Assembly: GCA_028716725.1 (NCBI GenBank)
Contig: JAQUPG010000009.1
Span: 1 to 60,352 of the forward strand
From: Patescibacteria group bacterium
GTDB lineage: Bacteria; Patescibacteriota; Patescibacteriia; Patescibacteriales; JAQTRU01
Direction: 5' to 3'
Length of the DNA: 60,352 bases
The notes below the pieces were generated by a model. The model worked only from the letters and a program-made list of their open reading frames with translations. It searched no databases and was not told the origin of the DNA. Positions 50,213 to 60,272 of this stretch are shown in pieces. Made by a program: the position numbers and the translations under genes. Numbering within the stretch: position 1 is the first letter of the stretch; every line of letters starts with the position of its first letter.

Positions 50213-51202
50213 TCATTTCAAAAGTCCATAATCCAGAATCGCTTTAGCAACATGGCCACCATGCTTATCTTTAAAGAATTCATCCAGTTCTTCTCTGGCC
50301 GCCTGCGCCTCTTCCGTCTTTCCCATCTTTTCCATGGCCGAGATTCGGACCAGAATAGCGAAGCTACCCCAGTCGGGGTCTGCCGCCGGCGAAATCTGAC
50401 TGGTGATTTCCACTGCCCTTCCCGGATAGCGGGAAAGTTCGCAAAGAGCGCGGAGCGCTACCTCCGCATCAGCAAAAGCGGGCTCAAGGGCTTCGGGCAG
50501 TTCATACAGGAAGCTAACATCCGGTCTGCCCAGATATCTCCCCTCCACTACCCAACCGTAGAAAGCCAAGTGGCGAAGAACATTAGCTCGCCAGCGAACA
50601 TCGTTGTCGGAGGGAGCCCCCTCAAGAATAAGAGCTGCCAGATAATCCAGAAATTCGCAAGCGGATTTTGTAAACTCTCCGTAACGCTCACCAATCCCCT
50701 TATTGAGTAGGATCGCTTCGTTTAGCCATTCGTAAGCGGCATTATAAAGAGACAGAGATTCTTCCCGCTTTTCTCCAGATGCTTCAGCTCTTTCAACTGC
50801 AGTTTCGTGACACTCTGCCGCTTTGGCAAATTCTCCGGTCGGATGATAAATCCCCCAGGCGCTGTGATAGAGCCATAGCCCGAACAAACGACCTTTCCGC
50901 GGATGGTCATCCGGCAAACGGTCAATACGCCGTTTTATTTCATCCAAGGCCTCAAAAGCCACCTGCATATCCCACTTCCCAATCTGCCTCCGCCACCCAT
51001 TAACATGCTCAAGTAAAAACCAAATCTTGAGGACCGGGTTGTCGGTCTTGTTAAAAGCGGCAATACAAATATTAGACCAAACTCGTGGCTGATTCAATTC
51101 ATAGAGAATCTTCTTCGCCCATAGCCAGTCGCGGGAATCGGTATCTTCCGGAAACTTTACCAATTCTTCGGCAACGGCCTCCTGACCAATCGTCTCCGCC
51201 AT
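50213..51202 (-). CDS. Hypothetical 329-aa alpha-helical (TPR-like?) protein (GC-rich orphan)
   Basis: An AAAGGGGAG ribosome-binding site is present. Its own promoter is at 51278-51306 and its terminator at 50165-50205. No family recognised. Confidence 0.6.
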   Translation of the reverse strand: MAETIGQEAVAEELVKFPEDTDSRDWLWAKKILYELNQPRVWSNICIAAFNKTDNPVLKIWFLLEHVNGWRRQIGKWDMQVAFEALDEIKRRIDRLPDDHPRKGRLFGLWLYHSAWGIYHPTGEFAKAAECHETAVERAEASGEKREESLSLYNAAYEWLNEAILLNKGIGERYGEFTKSACEFLDYLAALILEGAPSDNDVRWRANVLRHLAFYGWVVEGRYLGRPDVSFLYELPEALEPAFADAEVALRALCELSRYPGRAVEITSQISPAADPDWGSFAILVRISAMEKMGKTEEAQAAREELDEFFKDKHGGHVAKAILDYGLLK

Positions 51203-51277
51203 TTCAATGCTCCCCTTTCAGGAATTTAGAAACAATGGATTTGTTAAATGAACATTTATATTTTTATTTTATATTCC

Positions 51278-51306
51278 ATGCTATCACGAAAATATCGTTT
51301 TGTCAA
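51278..51306 (-). promoter_or_regulatory. Promoter, TTGACA-N17-TAGCAT
   Basis: The minus strand reads TTGACAaaacgatattttcgtgaTAGCAT, upstream of the 329-aa orphan. Confidence 0.6.
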
Positions 51307-51372
51307 TCATAAAAAAGAAACGGCTGTAAACCATTTCTTTTTATATTTTTAAATTTATAAATTTATTCAAAG

Positions 51373-52545
51373 CTACATCATCTTCCTTCGGATAAATGCC
51401 GGGATGCCTAATTCATCGTCCTCTTCCGGTTCTTCTTGGGCTTTTTTGCTGGCTGGTTCGGCCTGGGCCGCGCGCAAAGGGGAAATCTTGCTTTTCTTTT
51501 TCTCTTTCTTCTCCTGCTCTTTTTCCTCTTCCTCAATAAAAGGATTGGGGGTATAAGGCCTTTCGTTGCCTGTTTTTATAAGGCCCGGACCCCGGCCGTT
51601 AAAACCGGTCGCCACGACCGTTATCTTTATTTCATCTTTCAGCTTATCATTGATCACGGCGCCAAAAATAATCTTCGCGTCTTCATCGGCTGAAGCTGTT
51701 ATAACTTTGGCCGCTTCATTAACTTCAGTCATGCCCAAGGTCGGACCGCCGGTAATAGTGAAGACTATGCCCCGCGCTCCCTCAATCGACATATCAAGGA
51801 GGGGCGAACTGATGGCGGCCTTAGCCGCTTCAATCGCTTTATTCTCGCCCGAAGCCTGGCCGATTCCCATGAGGGCCGAACCGGCGTTGGACATAACGGC
51901 TTTAACATCGGCAAAATCAGCGTTAATAATCCCGGGCACAGTTATTATTTCGGCAATGCCGGCTACGCCCTGGCGCAAGACGTCATCCGCCACCATAAAA
52001 GCTTCCAGGAGCGAAGTTTTCTTATCTATAACCTGCAATAATTTATCATTGCAAATTGTAATAATCGTATCGACTTTATCGGCCAGTTCGGTCAATCCTC
52101 TTTCAGCAATATTTTTTCTCTGCCCGCCCTCGAACTGGAACGGCTTAGTCACAACCGCCACGGTCAACGCCCCCAGGTCCCTGGCAATTTCAGCCACAAT
52201 CGGCGAAGCGCCGGTGCCGGTCCCGCCGCCCAAACCGCAGGTAACAAAAACCATGTCTGAATCTTTTAAAATATCCCTGATTTCGTTCTGCGATTCTTCC
52301 GCGGCCTGCTTGCCCAGTTCCGGGTTCATCCCCGCTCCTAAGCCCCGGGTAACCGATTTCCCAATATGAAGCTTCTGGCTGGCTTTATTATAATGGAGAG
52401 CCTGGACATCAGTGTTGATGGCGACAAAATCAACTCCCTTTATTCCTCCCTCTACCATCCGATTGATGGCGCTGCCGCCGCCGCCGCCGACTCCGATTAC
52501 TTTTATTTTGGCGAACGTTTCTGCGGCTGGTTTTACTTCTGCCAT
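51373..52545 (-). CDS. ftsZ: Cell-division GTPase FtsZ
   Basis: [13 protein letters not shown], the GGGTGTG tubulin signature, and a charged C-terminal tail ending in IPAFIRRK. Confidence 0.97.
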   Translation of the reverse strand: MAEVKPAAETFAKIKVIGVGGGGGSAINRMVEGGIKGVDFVAINTDVQALHYNKASQKLHIGKSVTRGLGAGMNPELGKQAAEESQNEIRDILKDSDMVFVTCGLGGGTGTGASPIVAEIARDLGALTVAVVTKPFQFEGGQRKNIAERGLTELADKVDTIITICNDKLLQVIDKKTSLLEAFMVADDVLRQGVAGIAEIITVPGIINADFADVKAVMSNAGSALMGIGQASGENKAIEAAKAAISSPLLDMSIEGARGIVFTITGGPTLGMTEVNEAAKVITASADEDAKIIFGAVINDKLKDEIKITVVATGFNGRGPGLIKTGNERPYTPNPFIEEEEKEQEKKEKKKSKISPLRAAQAEPASKKAQEEPEEDDELGIPAFIRRKMM

Positions 52546-52732
52546 ATATTTAGTTAAAAGTTATAAAGTTAAAAGTTATAAAGAAACTTTTTAAGCTTTA
52601 CCAACTTTCTATGAGGTTTTAACTATTTATTATTGTATACCATCACAAAAAAAATGGCAAGACCCCTCCGCCTTTGCCACTTTTTAAGCTGAACAAATTT
52701 TTTATACACCCCGTACAACTATTTAAAACACC

Positions 52733-53989
52733 CTACGGAATAAGGGAAGAAAACCATTTCTTCATTTTCTCGACCGTCTTATCAATCGTTTCCCCGCCCG
52801 GCCATTTGCTTCTTTTCCCTCCGACCAAATGGTCGCCCCAAACAACTAAACCCAGGGCGGTTAAGAATTCCATATCATTAACTTTATCAATCACCGTATC
52901 AATGTTTTTTGTACTGCCCAGGCAGACCGGCAGCCGTAATTTTTTCTTTCCGGTTTCAACTAAATCCGCGAGCTTAGCCCCGCCGCCGACCAAAAAGACT
53001 CCGGCCGGAAGCATCCCGGACCGGTCTATCTTTTTAAGCTCCTCATCGATTTTCTCAAAAATTTCTTCTACCCTGGCTTCAATAATCTCGGAAATATATT
53101 TCCTTGAAACCACGCTTATTTCATCGTCAACTTCTTCTTCCTTCGCCAGTTCCGAAATATCAATCTCGTCTTTTTTGGAAAACTGGTCCGATTTGGCGCT
53201 GCCGTATTCTATCTTTATCCGTTCCGCCAAGTTTATCGGGCAGCGCAGGCCAATAGCGACGTCGGAGGTTATGTGCTCGGAGCCGATGGGTAAAACCGCC
53301 GTATGTAGAAGTTCCCCCTCTTCATAAACCGCTAAACCGGTAGTGGAGGAACCGATATTAACCAGGGCCACCCCCAGCTCTTTTTGCTTATTATTAACAA
53401 CGGCCTCGGCCGCCGCCAAAGGCGACAAAACCAAATCTTCAATGTCAAAGCCGGTGCGGTAAATAGCCTTGGTTAAATTCTTTATCTGGCTGGAAAGGCC
53501 CTGAATAATTAAAGTTTCCACCTCGAGGCGAACGCCGCTCATGCCAATCGGGTCTTTTATATCTTCCTGGTTGTCAACGGTAAACTTAACCGGAATAACA
53601 TGCAAAATTTCATAGTTGGGAGGAACGGACATCGCCCGAGCCGCTTCAATCGCCCTTTCCACGTCGTCTTCGCTGATTTCGCCGTCGCTTTTCCCCACCG
53701 CCACCACGCCCCGGCTCTTGGTCGCCTTAATATGCGGGTCATTAATGCTCACCCAAACGCTGTTTAAGGGCGCGCCAATCAAACGCTCGGCCTTTTCCAG
53801 ACAGGCGGAAATAGAAGAAGTGGCATCCTCTATGCTGTTGACCATTCCCCGGTTAATGCCTTCGGCCGGAACCGAAACCGCTCCGATTATCTGTAATTTC
53901 TCCCCTTCCCCCTGGTTTACTCTTTGGCCGACCACCAATCTCACGGCGGTTGAACCTATATCCAAGCCGGCGATTATGTCCTCTTTCAT
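52733..53989 (-). CDS. ftsA: Cell-division protein FtsA
   Basis: Actin-like ATPase motifs GLDIGSTAVRLVVG, VNIGSSTT and LVGGGAKL. It lies directly upstream of ftsZ. Confidence 0.95.
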   Translation of the reverse strand: MKEDIIAGLDIGSTAVRLVVGQRVNQGEGEKLQIIGAVSVPAEGINRGMVNSIEDATSSISACLEKAERLIGAPLNSVWVSINDPHIKATKSRGVVAVGKSDGEISEDDVERAIEAARAMSVPPNYEILHVIPVKFTVDNQEDIKDPIGMSGVRLEVETLIIQGLSSQIKNLTKAIYRTGFDIEDLVLSPLAAAEAVVNNKQKELGVALVNIGSSTTGLAVYEEGELLHTAVLPIGSEHITSDVAIGLRCPINLAERIKIEYGSAKSDQFSKKDEIDISELAKEEEVDDEISVVSRKYISEIIEARVEEIFEKIDEELKKIDRSGMLPAGVFLVGGGAKLADLVETGKKKLRLPVCLGSTKNIDTVIDKVNDMEFLTALGLVVWGDHLVGGKRSKWPGGETIDKTVEKMKKWFSSLIP

Positions 53990-54046
53990 ATGTTTATTAA
54001 TAGTTAATTATATTATTATTATACTAAATTATTCTTTTTTTGCCAA

Positions 54047-54841
54047 CTAAAACAAACCTAAATACCAATTAATTGCTTTATCTCCCCAAAAAATTGTAAA
54101 AATCGTAGCGCTCGCCAAAAAGACGCCAAGAGGAATTTCCGAGCTCCATTTCTTCTTATTGGAAATTATAAGAGCCAGGCCGATAATTGAACCGATAAAA
54201 TAAGCCGCCAGAATAGCCAAAATCAAATGGCCCGTGCTCCCCAAAGAAAAACCCATCAAAAGCCCCAGCCTGATGTCGCCGCCGCCAATCCATTTCCCCC
54301 GGGAAATAAGAAACTGAAAAAGAAAAAAGCTTCCCCCGATTGCCCCGGCAACTATTAAGCTCAGCCAGCCCGTTCCCAATACCAGATTCAAAATAAAAAC
54401 CGCCAAACAGGCAGGCAGGGTAACCTTGTCCAAAATTAAATTCCAGCGCAGATCATAGATAAAAACTACAATCATCACCGCGATTACAAACCAATCACGC
54501 AAAGTTAAAGTTAAAAAGTTAAAAGTAAAAGGAAATTCGTAATTCGTAATTGATAATTGATAATTAAAATAAAAGGACAAAACAAATAAAACTCCGGTCA
54601 AAAATTCCACAATCGGGTATTGTATAGAAATTCTTTTTCGGCAGTGCCGACATTTCCCACCCAATAAGACAAAACTCAAAATAGGAATATTGTCATACCA
54701 AGCGATCTGTTTTCGGCAGAGGGGGCAATAAGAACGGTTCCACATTCCTTCCTTTTCATGCAAGCGCCAAACCAGACAGTTTAAAAAGGAGCCGATAATT
54801 AAGCCGAAAAGAAAAATAAAGCTTAATATGATATAAGTCAT
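54047..54841 (-). CDS. pilD: Prepilin peptidase (A24 family)
   Basis: CPLC...CRHC zinc motif, the catalytic Asp context FIYDLRW, and GGGDIRL. A ~22-codon in-frame segment of repeat words lies between TM2 and TM3. Confidence 0.85.
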   Translation of the reverse strand: MTYIILSFIFLFGLIIGSFLNCLVWRLHEKEGMWNRSYCPLCRKQIAWYDNIPILSFVLLGGKCRHCRKRISIQYPIVEFLTGVLFVLSFYFNYQLSITNYEFPFTFNFLTLTLRDWFVIAVMIVVFIYDLRWNLILDKVTLPACLAVFILNLVLGTGWLSLIVAGAIGGSFFLFQFLISRGKWIGGGDIRLGLLMGFSLGSTGHLILAILAAYFIGSIIGLALIISNKKKWSSEIPLGVFLASATIFTIFWGDKAINWYLGLF

Positions 54842-54845
54842 AATA

Positions 54846-55634
54846 TTATTTAGTTAAAATTATCAATTTATAGGGCCAGCGCATAATTTTCAAGAGAATC
54901 CATTTTAATTTTCCGTAATGCTTCCTAAAAAAATAACCCTGGGAATCATAATACATCTTTTTTCGGTCAACGGAAATTTTAACGCTTTTTCCTCCTAAAT
55001 GAATAAGGCGCGCCGAAGAAAGAACAACGGTTTTAAAACCAAAATTTTTAGCGCGCTTGCAGAGATCAATATCTTCGAAATACATAAAAAAATTTTCATC
55101 AAACCCGCCGATTTTTCCCCAGACATTTTTTCTAATTGCCAGAGCGGCCCCGCTCACCCAGTCAACTGTAAAACTTGATTTATTTCCCTCCGGCTCCTGG
55201 CCGGAATTCCTCACCAGCAAGCCGACTAAGCCCGGGAAACGGCCATAAGCGTATTTCTGGCTTGTTCCGTCCGGTAAAATCAGCCCCGGGCCGATAATCC
55301 CGACTTCCGGATTTAAAAGAAAAAATTCTTTTATGGGAGTTAAAATATCCTCTTTAATTATTGTATCGCTGTTTAAGAAAAAAAGATACTCTCCGCTGGC
55401 AATTTTCGCGCCCTGATTATTGGCGGGCCCGAAGCCGATATTCTTTTTGTTGGCAATAAGCTTAATCCTCTGGCCAAAATCGGCATTTAACATCTCCGCG
55501 CTGCCGTCGGAAGAATTATTATCAACCACGATTATCTCAAAGTCTTTCCGGCCGCAACTTGAAAAAATTGAAACCAGGCAATTTTTCAATATCTCGCGAG
55601 TATTAAAGCTGGTAATAATTATTGAAAAAAACAT
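54846..55634 (-). CDS. Family-2 glycosyltransferase
   Basis: FSIIITSFN...VVDNNSSDGS...NSDT: a GT-A fold with a DxD-type motif. Confidence 0.85.
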   Translation of the reverse strand: MFFSIIITSFNTREILKNCLVSIFSSCGRKDFEIIVVDNNSSDGSAEMLNADFGQRIKLIANKKNIGFGPANNQGAKIASGEYLFFLNSDTIIKEDILTPIKEFFLLNPEVGIIGPGLILPDGTSQKYAYGRFPGLVGLLVRNSGQEPEGNKSSFTVDWVSGAALAIRKNVWGKIGGFDENFFMYFEDIDLCKRAKNFGFKTVVLSSARLIHLGGKSVKISVDRKKMYYDSQGYFFRKHYGKLKWILLKIMRWPYKLIILTK

Positions 55635-55640
55635 ATCGCT

Positions 55641-56627
55641 TTATTCCCTCTCAAAATAAAAATGGAACGCCTCCTCATTCAGGGCCTTATTTAAATTTAA
55701 TAATTCACCCACGCTTATGTCGGAATAGCAAAACTCATATACGCCGTTGATCTTCTTCCCCAAATAATAATATATTTTCCTTAATAATCTGCTTTTATTT
55801 AACATTAACGAAGACCGGTCCCTAAAAAAATACTTAATTTTAAAATTATTTTTTTCCAGCTCCCGAAGCAGTCCCAGCCCCGCGTCTTCCAAAAAGCAGC
55901 AATGCAATTCCATAAATATCTTTAACGGCTTGGCGCCGGATAAAATATTTTTCATCCCTTTTATAATCTCGGTTTCATAGCCCTCGACATCCATCCTGAT
56001 AATGTCGGGATAAATATTGCCCTGGCTGAAAGAATCCAAGGTTAAAACTTTCACCGGGATCTTCTTGGAAGAGTTATTGCCGCCACGGCGTTCCATTGAA
56101 CACCAATTGCTTTTCTTTGATAAATATATATAATCATCTCTGTCCTGCCCGCCGATAGCGAGATTGTGGACAGAAATATTTTTATAATTATTCAAGCCGA
56201 TATTCTTTTTAAGTAATTTTACATTATCGGGCACCGGTTCAATAGCATATACCCGCCCTTTATCACCGACTATTCTCGCTTCCAGCAAAGCGTAATAGCC
56301 AATATTGGATCCGATATCATAAACAACGTCCCCGGGTTTTAGAAGCCGCTTAACCAATTCGGTGTGAAAAGGCTCGCGGTTGCGCGCCAGGAGGAGATCT
56401 TTGGCTATGCCGGGGTCATCTAAATCCAGTCTCATCTTGCTGCCATGGATCTTTCTAATTATATACCTGTCCCTAAAAACAAGCCTTGTTTTTACCGAGT
56501 AAGATATAGAATCAAATAATTCTATGAGATGGCGGAATATAAAAAATATTATTCTGAAGCCGAAGGTGCTTAAATCATCGGCAGCAAACCTCTTTTTCGC
56601 TTTTTTTATAAATTTCGATAAATTCAT
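55641..56627 (-). CDS. FkbM-family methyltransferase
   Basis: VVYDIGSNIGYYAL SAM-binding motif, IIRMDVEGYE and ELH. Confidence 0.75.
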   Translation of the reverse strand: MNLSKFIKKAKKRFAADDLSTFGFRIIFFIFRHLIELFDSISYSVKTRLVFRDRYIIRKIHGSKMRLDLDDPGIAKDLLLARNREPFHTELVKRLLKPGDVVYDIGSNIGYYALLEARIVGDKGRVYAIEPVPDNVKLLKKNIGLNNYKNISVHNLAIGGQDRDDYIYLSKKSNWCSMERRGGNNSSKKIPVKVLTLDSFSQGNIYPDIIRMDVEGYETEIIKGMKNILSGAKPLKIFMELHCCFLEDAGLGLLRELEKNNFKIKYFFRDRSSLMLNKSRLLRKIYYYLGKKINGVYEFCYSDISVGELLNLNKALNEEAFHFYFERE

Positions 56628-56633
56628 CGTCTT

Positions 56634-59006
56634 TTATTTTAATTGGCTAATAAACGATTTTATATCGCTGTTGTCCGGAGATAATTTAAGGGCCTTCTCC
56701 GCATATTCCAGCGCTCTGGCCTTATCTCCCCCTTCCCGGTAAAGCAGGGCAATGGCCTGCGGCCAAGCAACGTCTTCCGGGTTTAACATATATCCCCTCT
56801 TGTTGTAAAAAATGGCCTTATCTAAATCTCCCTTTTTATAATAAACATCCGCTATTTCTTTGTAAAGGCGCAAATAACTCGGATTAAATTCCAGCGCCTG
56901 CCGATAATAATCCAGGGCCTTGTCCCAGTCTTCCTGATAGCCCGCGGCCAAACCCATCATCTCAAATAAATGCACTTCTTCCGACTTTATCTCTTCCTTG
57001 TGCTCATTATTAAGAAAGGGGTTATCCAGAGCCGGAAAAATGGCGGCCGCCTTATTAAAATCAGCCATGGCCGCTTCATAGTCTCTCTGCCAAAGCTTCA
57101 TTCTGCCCAAATCTTCATAAGTCGTAGTGATAAAGGGGCTTATTTCTATTAAATTCTTATAATCTCCCTCAGCCCCCTCATAATAAGCCGGATCAATATA
57201 ATACCCGAACAAGGACTTGGCATGGGCGATATGGGTTAAGGCGTAAAATCCATATTCGCGGGGACCGATAGAATTGGCCATGCTAAGAATATTATTATAT
57301 AAATCAAGCCGGCTTTCTTTTGAGGCTACGGCCTCAAAACAATTTAAATTGTGGTAAATATAGCGTTCCTTGTAAAAAGTGCTTATCGGGTTTAAGGCAA
57401 CGGTTTTTTCCATATTATCCAAAATTTGGCGGCAATCTTTCCTTACCTCCGCTTTCCTGGTTTTCATATAATAATAATCAGCCCGCCAGGCATTAAGGTT
57501 ATAATAACAGATTAAAACTGCGCTTAAAAAAAGCAGGGCCAGCCAGATTAAAATTAAAGAAACCGGCTGAAAAAAATTTTTTTCTCTTCCGCCGGAGCGG
57601 CCGAAGGAAGAGGCGGGAAAAATAATAACCGCCAGCATGGCCAGCATGAGATAAAAACAAACATAACCGACCGTCAAAGAAAAACTTAATAAGTTATTAG
57701 AAAAATAACCGGCCAGCGCGGCCAAAAGAAAAATAACCAGCCAGGACTCTCTGGTGGGGGCCGATGTCTTTAAATACCGAAACGCCACCATAAAAATATA
57801 ACCCAGAAATAAAGTGAAAAAAATCAGCCCGGCTAAGCCGAATTGTAAAATTATATCAAATAAAGCGTTATGGGAACGGTCCGGAAAAGTATTTATTTCT
57901 TCATATATGCCCCACTCCGGCTGGTAATCTTTAACAAAAATATCAGCCAGCGTTTCCGGCCCGTAACCGATTAACTTTCTCTCCCAACTAGCCTGCCTGA
58001 ATTCCCGCCAAGCCGCCTGCCAATAATAAAGCCTTATCCTGTTAGAACCGCTCTTTAAATAAAAAATGCTTTCCAGCCTGTTGGAAAAATTTAATTTCCC
58101 GGGTATTTGCGAAAAATCCTTCTTTAAATAAAAAATATTAAAAGAAACCGCAATAACAATTCCGGCCAACCCCATTCCGATCAGGCCCAAAGCCATTTTT
58201 TTCTTTTTCTTTATAAACAGAAATAAAACCGCTAAAAGGAAGAGAAAAGTAAAAAGGCCCAACCAGGCCGCCCGGCTATAAGTAAAAATCAGGCAGGCGG
58301 TTTGGGCTAGTATTAGAACAGCGGCCAGGAAACGGCTGAACCAACGTTTATATAAAAAGATAAAGCCGAAAATACTTAAAGGAATAACCAGAATCAAATA
58401 TTGCCCAAAAAAATTAGGCTGGCCTAAAGTAGAAAAAATTCTGCCGGTATAAGTAATCTTCTCTTCCCAATCCAGGGGGTCAAGATTAAAATATTGAAGT
58501 AAACCGTAAAGACAGACAGGAATTGAAGAAAATATCAAAGCTTCTACGGCCCTTTTTACCCTTGGCCAGTCTCTCAAAGTTAAAGCCAGAAGAATAAAAA
58601 ACATCCAATAATGGAGAAAGTTATAAAAACCCTGCTGCCGGCCATAACTGCCCCAAAAACTCAAATCAGGATGAATTGAAAAATAGGTAGAAATAAAGAC
58701 TGACAAGCCGAACAGAACCAATAATATAAACGGTTTCCGGAAAGAGCGCCAGGGGCCAATCCCGCCAATAAATCCCGCACCTTTCAGCGGTGCCTGATAC
58801 ACCGCCGAAAGGTGCGGGATAAAAACTTTGGCGGTAAAGGCCAAGAAAGCTATCGTTAAAAGAACCCTGAAGATAACCGCCTTATTAAGTTCAAAAACAT
58901 TATAATTCTCCTGGGTAAAGGCAAAATAAACGGGAACAAGAAAAATTATACCCAGTAAAATTGTTTCCTGCAGATAATCGCAAATTTTCGCAATTTTATT
59001 GACCAT
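56634..59006 (-). CDS. O-antigen-ligase (Wzy_C)-domain polytopic membrane protein with C-terminal TPR repeats
   Basis: Multi-TM N-terminal part with YSRAAWLGL and SHNALFDIILQFGLAG (Wzy_C-like). The C-terminal ~250 aa are TPR-like (ALDYYRQALEFNP, KARALEYAEKALKLSP). Confidence 0.75.
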   Translation of the reverse strand: MVNKIAKICDYLQETILLGIIFLVPVYFAFTQENYNVFELNKAVIFRVLLTIAFLAFTAKVFIPHLSAVYQAPLKGAGFIGGIGPWRSFRKPFILLVLFGLSVFISTYFSIHPDLSFWGSYGRQQGFYNFLHYWMFFILLALTLRDWPRVKRAVEALIFSSIPVCLYGLLQYFNLDPLDWEEKITYTGRIFSTLGQPNFFGQYLILVIPLSIFGFIFLYKRWFSRFLAAVLILAQTACLIFTYSRAAWLGLFTFLFLLAVLFLFIKKKKKMALGLIGMGLAGIVIAVSFNIFYLKKDFSQIPGKLNFSNRLESIFYLKSGSNRIRLYYWQAAWREFRQASWERKLIGYGPETLADIFVKDYQPEWGIYEEINTFPDRSHNALFDIILQFGLAGLIFFTLFLGYIFMVAFRYLKTSAPTRESWLVIFLLAALAGYFSNNLLSFSLTVGYVCFYLMLAMLAVIIFPASSFGRSGGREKNFFQPVSLILIWLALLFLSAVLICYYNLNAWRADYYYMKTRKAEVRKDCRQILDNMEKTVALNPISTFYKERYIYHNLNCFEAVASKESRLDLYNNILSMANSIGPREYGFYALTHIAHAKSLFGYYIDPAYYEGAEGDYKNLIEISPFITTTYEDLGRMKLWQRDYEAAMADFNKAAAIFPALDNPFLNNEHKEEIKSEEVHLFEMMGLAAGYQEDWDKALDYYRQALEFNPSYLRLYKEIADVYYKKGDLDKAIFYNKRGYMLNPEDVAWPQAIALLYREGGDKARALEYAEKALKLSPDNSDIKSFISQLK

Positions 59007-59049
59007 AAATTTAATCCCTCAGTAACCAGTATAACATTATTTCCTCCAA

Positions 59050-59084
59050 CAAAAAACTCTCATCTTTGGGGATGAGAGTTTTTA
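59050..59084 (-). terminator. Terminator after the pilin gene
   Basis: Stem actctcatc/gatgagagt flanked by A- and T-runs. Confidence 0.7.
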
Positions 59085-59123
59085 TCTAAATCCTAAAAAT
59101 AGGATTCAATTCAAAAATTCACC

Positions 59124-59543
59124 TTAATCATCAATTCCGGCCGGGGTGGCAATGTGCGTGCCAGCGCCTAAACCGCCAGTTGTCCCACCTAGACAATAGG
59201 AAATACTGTAAGTAGCAGTGCTGGTTTGGGAATAGCCATAATTGGAGTTCGGACAATCGCCATCGTTTCTCGGAGCCGGGTTGTCAGGTATTATCGACAT
59301 ATAGGTCGTGCCGCTGTAAGCGATAGAACCAGTGCCGAAAGATAAGGCTGTAGGATAAGCATTGGCGTCATTGTAATAAAGCTCTAAAGCTGTCTGAATC
59401 TGTTTTATGTCAGACACCCGCTTGGCATCCCTTGATTTCTGTCTGGCGTTATTTAAGGCTACTACGGCCAAAGTTGACAATAAGCCGATGATGGCAATAA
59501 CGACTAATAACTCAATTAAAGTAAAACCTCTTTGTTTTCTCAT
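59124..59543 (-). CDS. Type IV pilin-like protein
   Basis: MRKQRG|FTLIELLVVIAIIGLL is a class III signal peptide with Glu5. Confidence 0.85.
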   Translation of the reverse strand: MRKQRGFTLIELLVVIAIIGLLSTLAVVALNNARQKSRDAKRVSDIKQIQTALELYYNDANAYPTALSFGTGSIAYSGTTYMSIIPDNPAPRNDGDCPNSNYGYSQTSTATYSISYCLGGTTGGLGAGTHIATPAGIDD

Positions 59544-59747
59544 ATTTCACCTCCCCTCTTACTTCCCTTGAGTCATTAACTTAATCCCAGGAATTAAGCC
59601 AGTGACCGGGAGAATAATTTAATTTTAAAATTATATTTAAACTTACCTAACCTAAATTGCCCGGAGAAATTTAAAAACGACTTATCCACATTATACCATA
59701 AAATGAAGCAACCCGCAAAAATAATAACAAATTCCCACCTTTTTACC

Positions 59748-60272
59748 CTACCAACCCCTGATAATCTGGACTTCAGCACTTTCTTCAACGTTATAGGCTA
59801 AAACAAACTCGCTTCCGTTAGCGCTGGAAACATAGCGGTAAGTATAAATTCCTTCATTTTTTGGATCAATGGGCAATTCGGCCATATAGGGCTTAACGCG
59901 TTCAGTCAGGCTGATATTTAAAGTTCCATTATAACATTCGGCCGTAGCGCCAAAATCGTCTGCCTCATCGTCCCAGGTGCCGCATTGGGGATATTCTAAA
60001 TTATCATCATAATAAAGGTAAAGGGCGATTCTCATCTGCACCATATCGGCCTTTCTTTTGGCATCACGCGCTTTAATTCTGGCGCCGTTTAGAGAAACTA
60101 CGGAAAAAGAAGCTAAAATGCCTATTATACTGATAACTACCAGAAGTTCAATTAAAGTAAACCCCATCAAATTGCCCTTGGCAGTATTTGATGGGGTAAA
60201 CCCCAATAAATTTGTTTTTTTCACCCCGTTAGAAATCACTTTATCCACATTTGATGTTGTTTGTTGAGACAT
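59748..60272 (-). CDS. Type IV pilin-like protein with a long leader
   Basis: ...KGNLMG|FTLIELLVVISIIGIL. The 37-aa leader contains the cassette-encoded ISNGVKK and a second degenerate LLGFTPS motif. Confidence 0.8.
   Translation of the reverse strand: MSQQTTSNVDKVISNGVKKTNLLGFTPSNTAKGNLMGFTLIELLVVISIIGILASFSVVSLNGARIKARDAKRKADMVQMRIALYLYYDDNLEYPQCGTWDDEADDFGATAECYNGTLNISLTERVKPYMAELPIDPKNEGIYTYRYVSSANGSEFVLAYNVEESAEVQIIRGW

Noticed and set aside
51566-53327. Plus-strand ORFs of 267 and 217 aa.
   Set aside because: They lie antisense to ftsZ and ftsA.
59594-59788. A 64-aa minus-strand ORF between the two pilin genes.
   Set aside because: It overlaps the 3' end of the upstream pilin and covers the promoter and leader (TGgTATAAT at about 59690) of the downstream pilin. 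There is no ribosome-binding site and no recognisable features.
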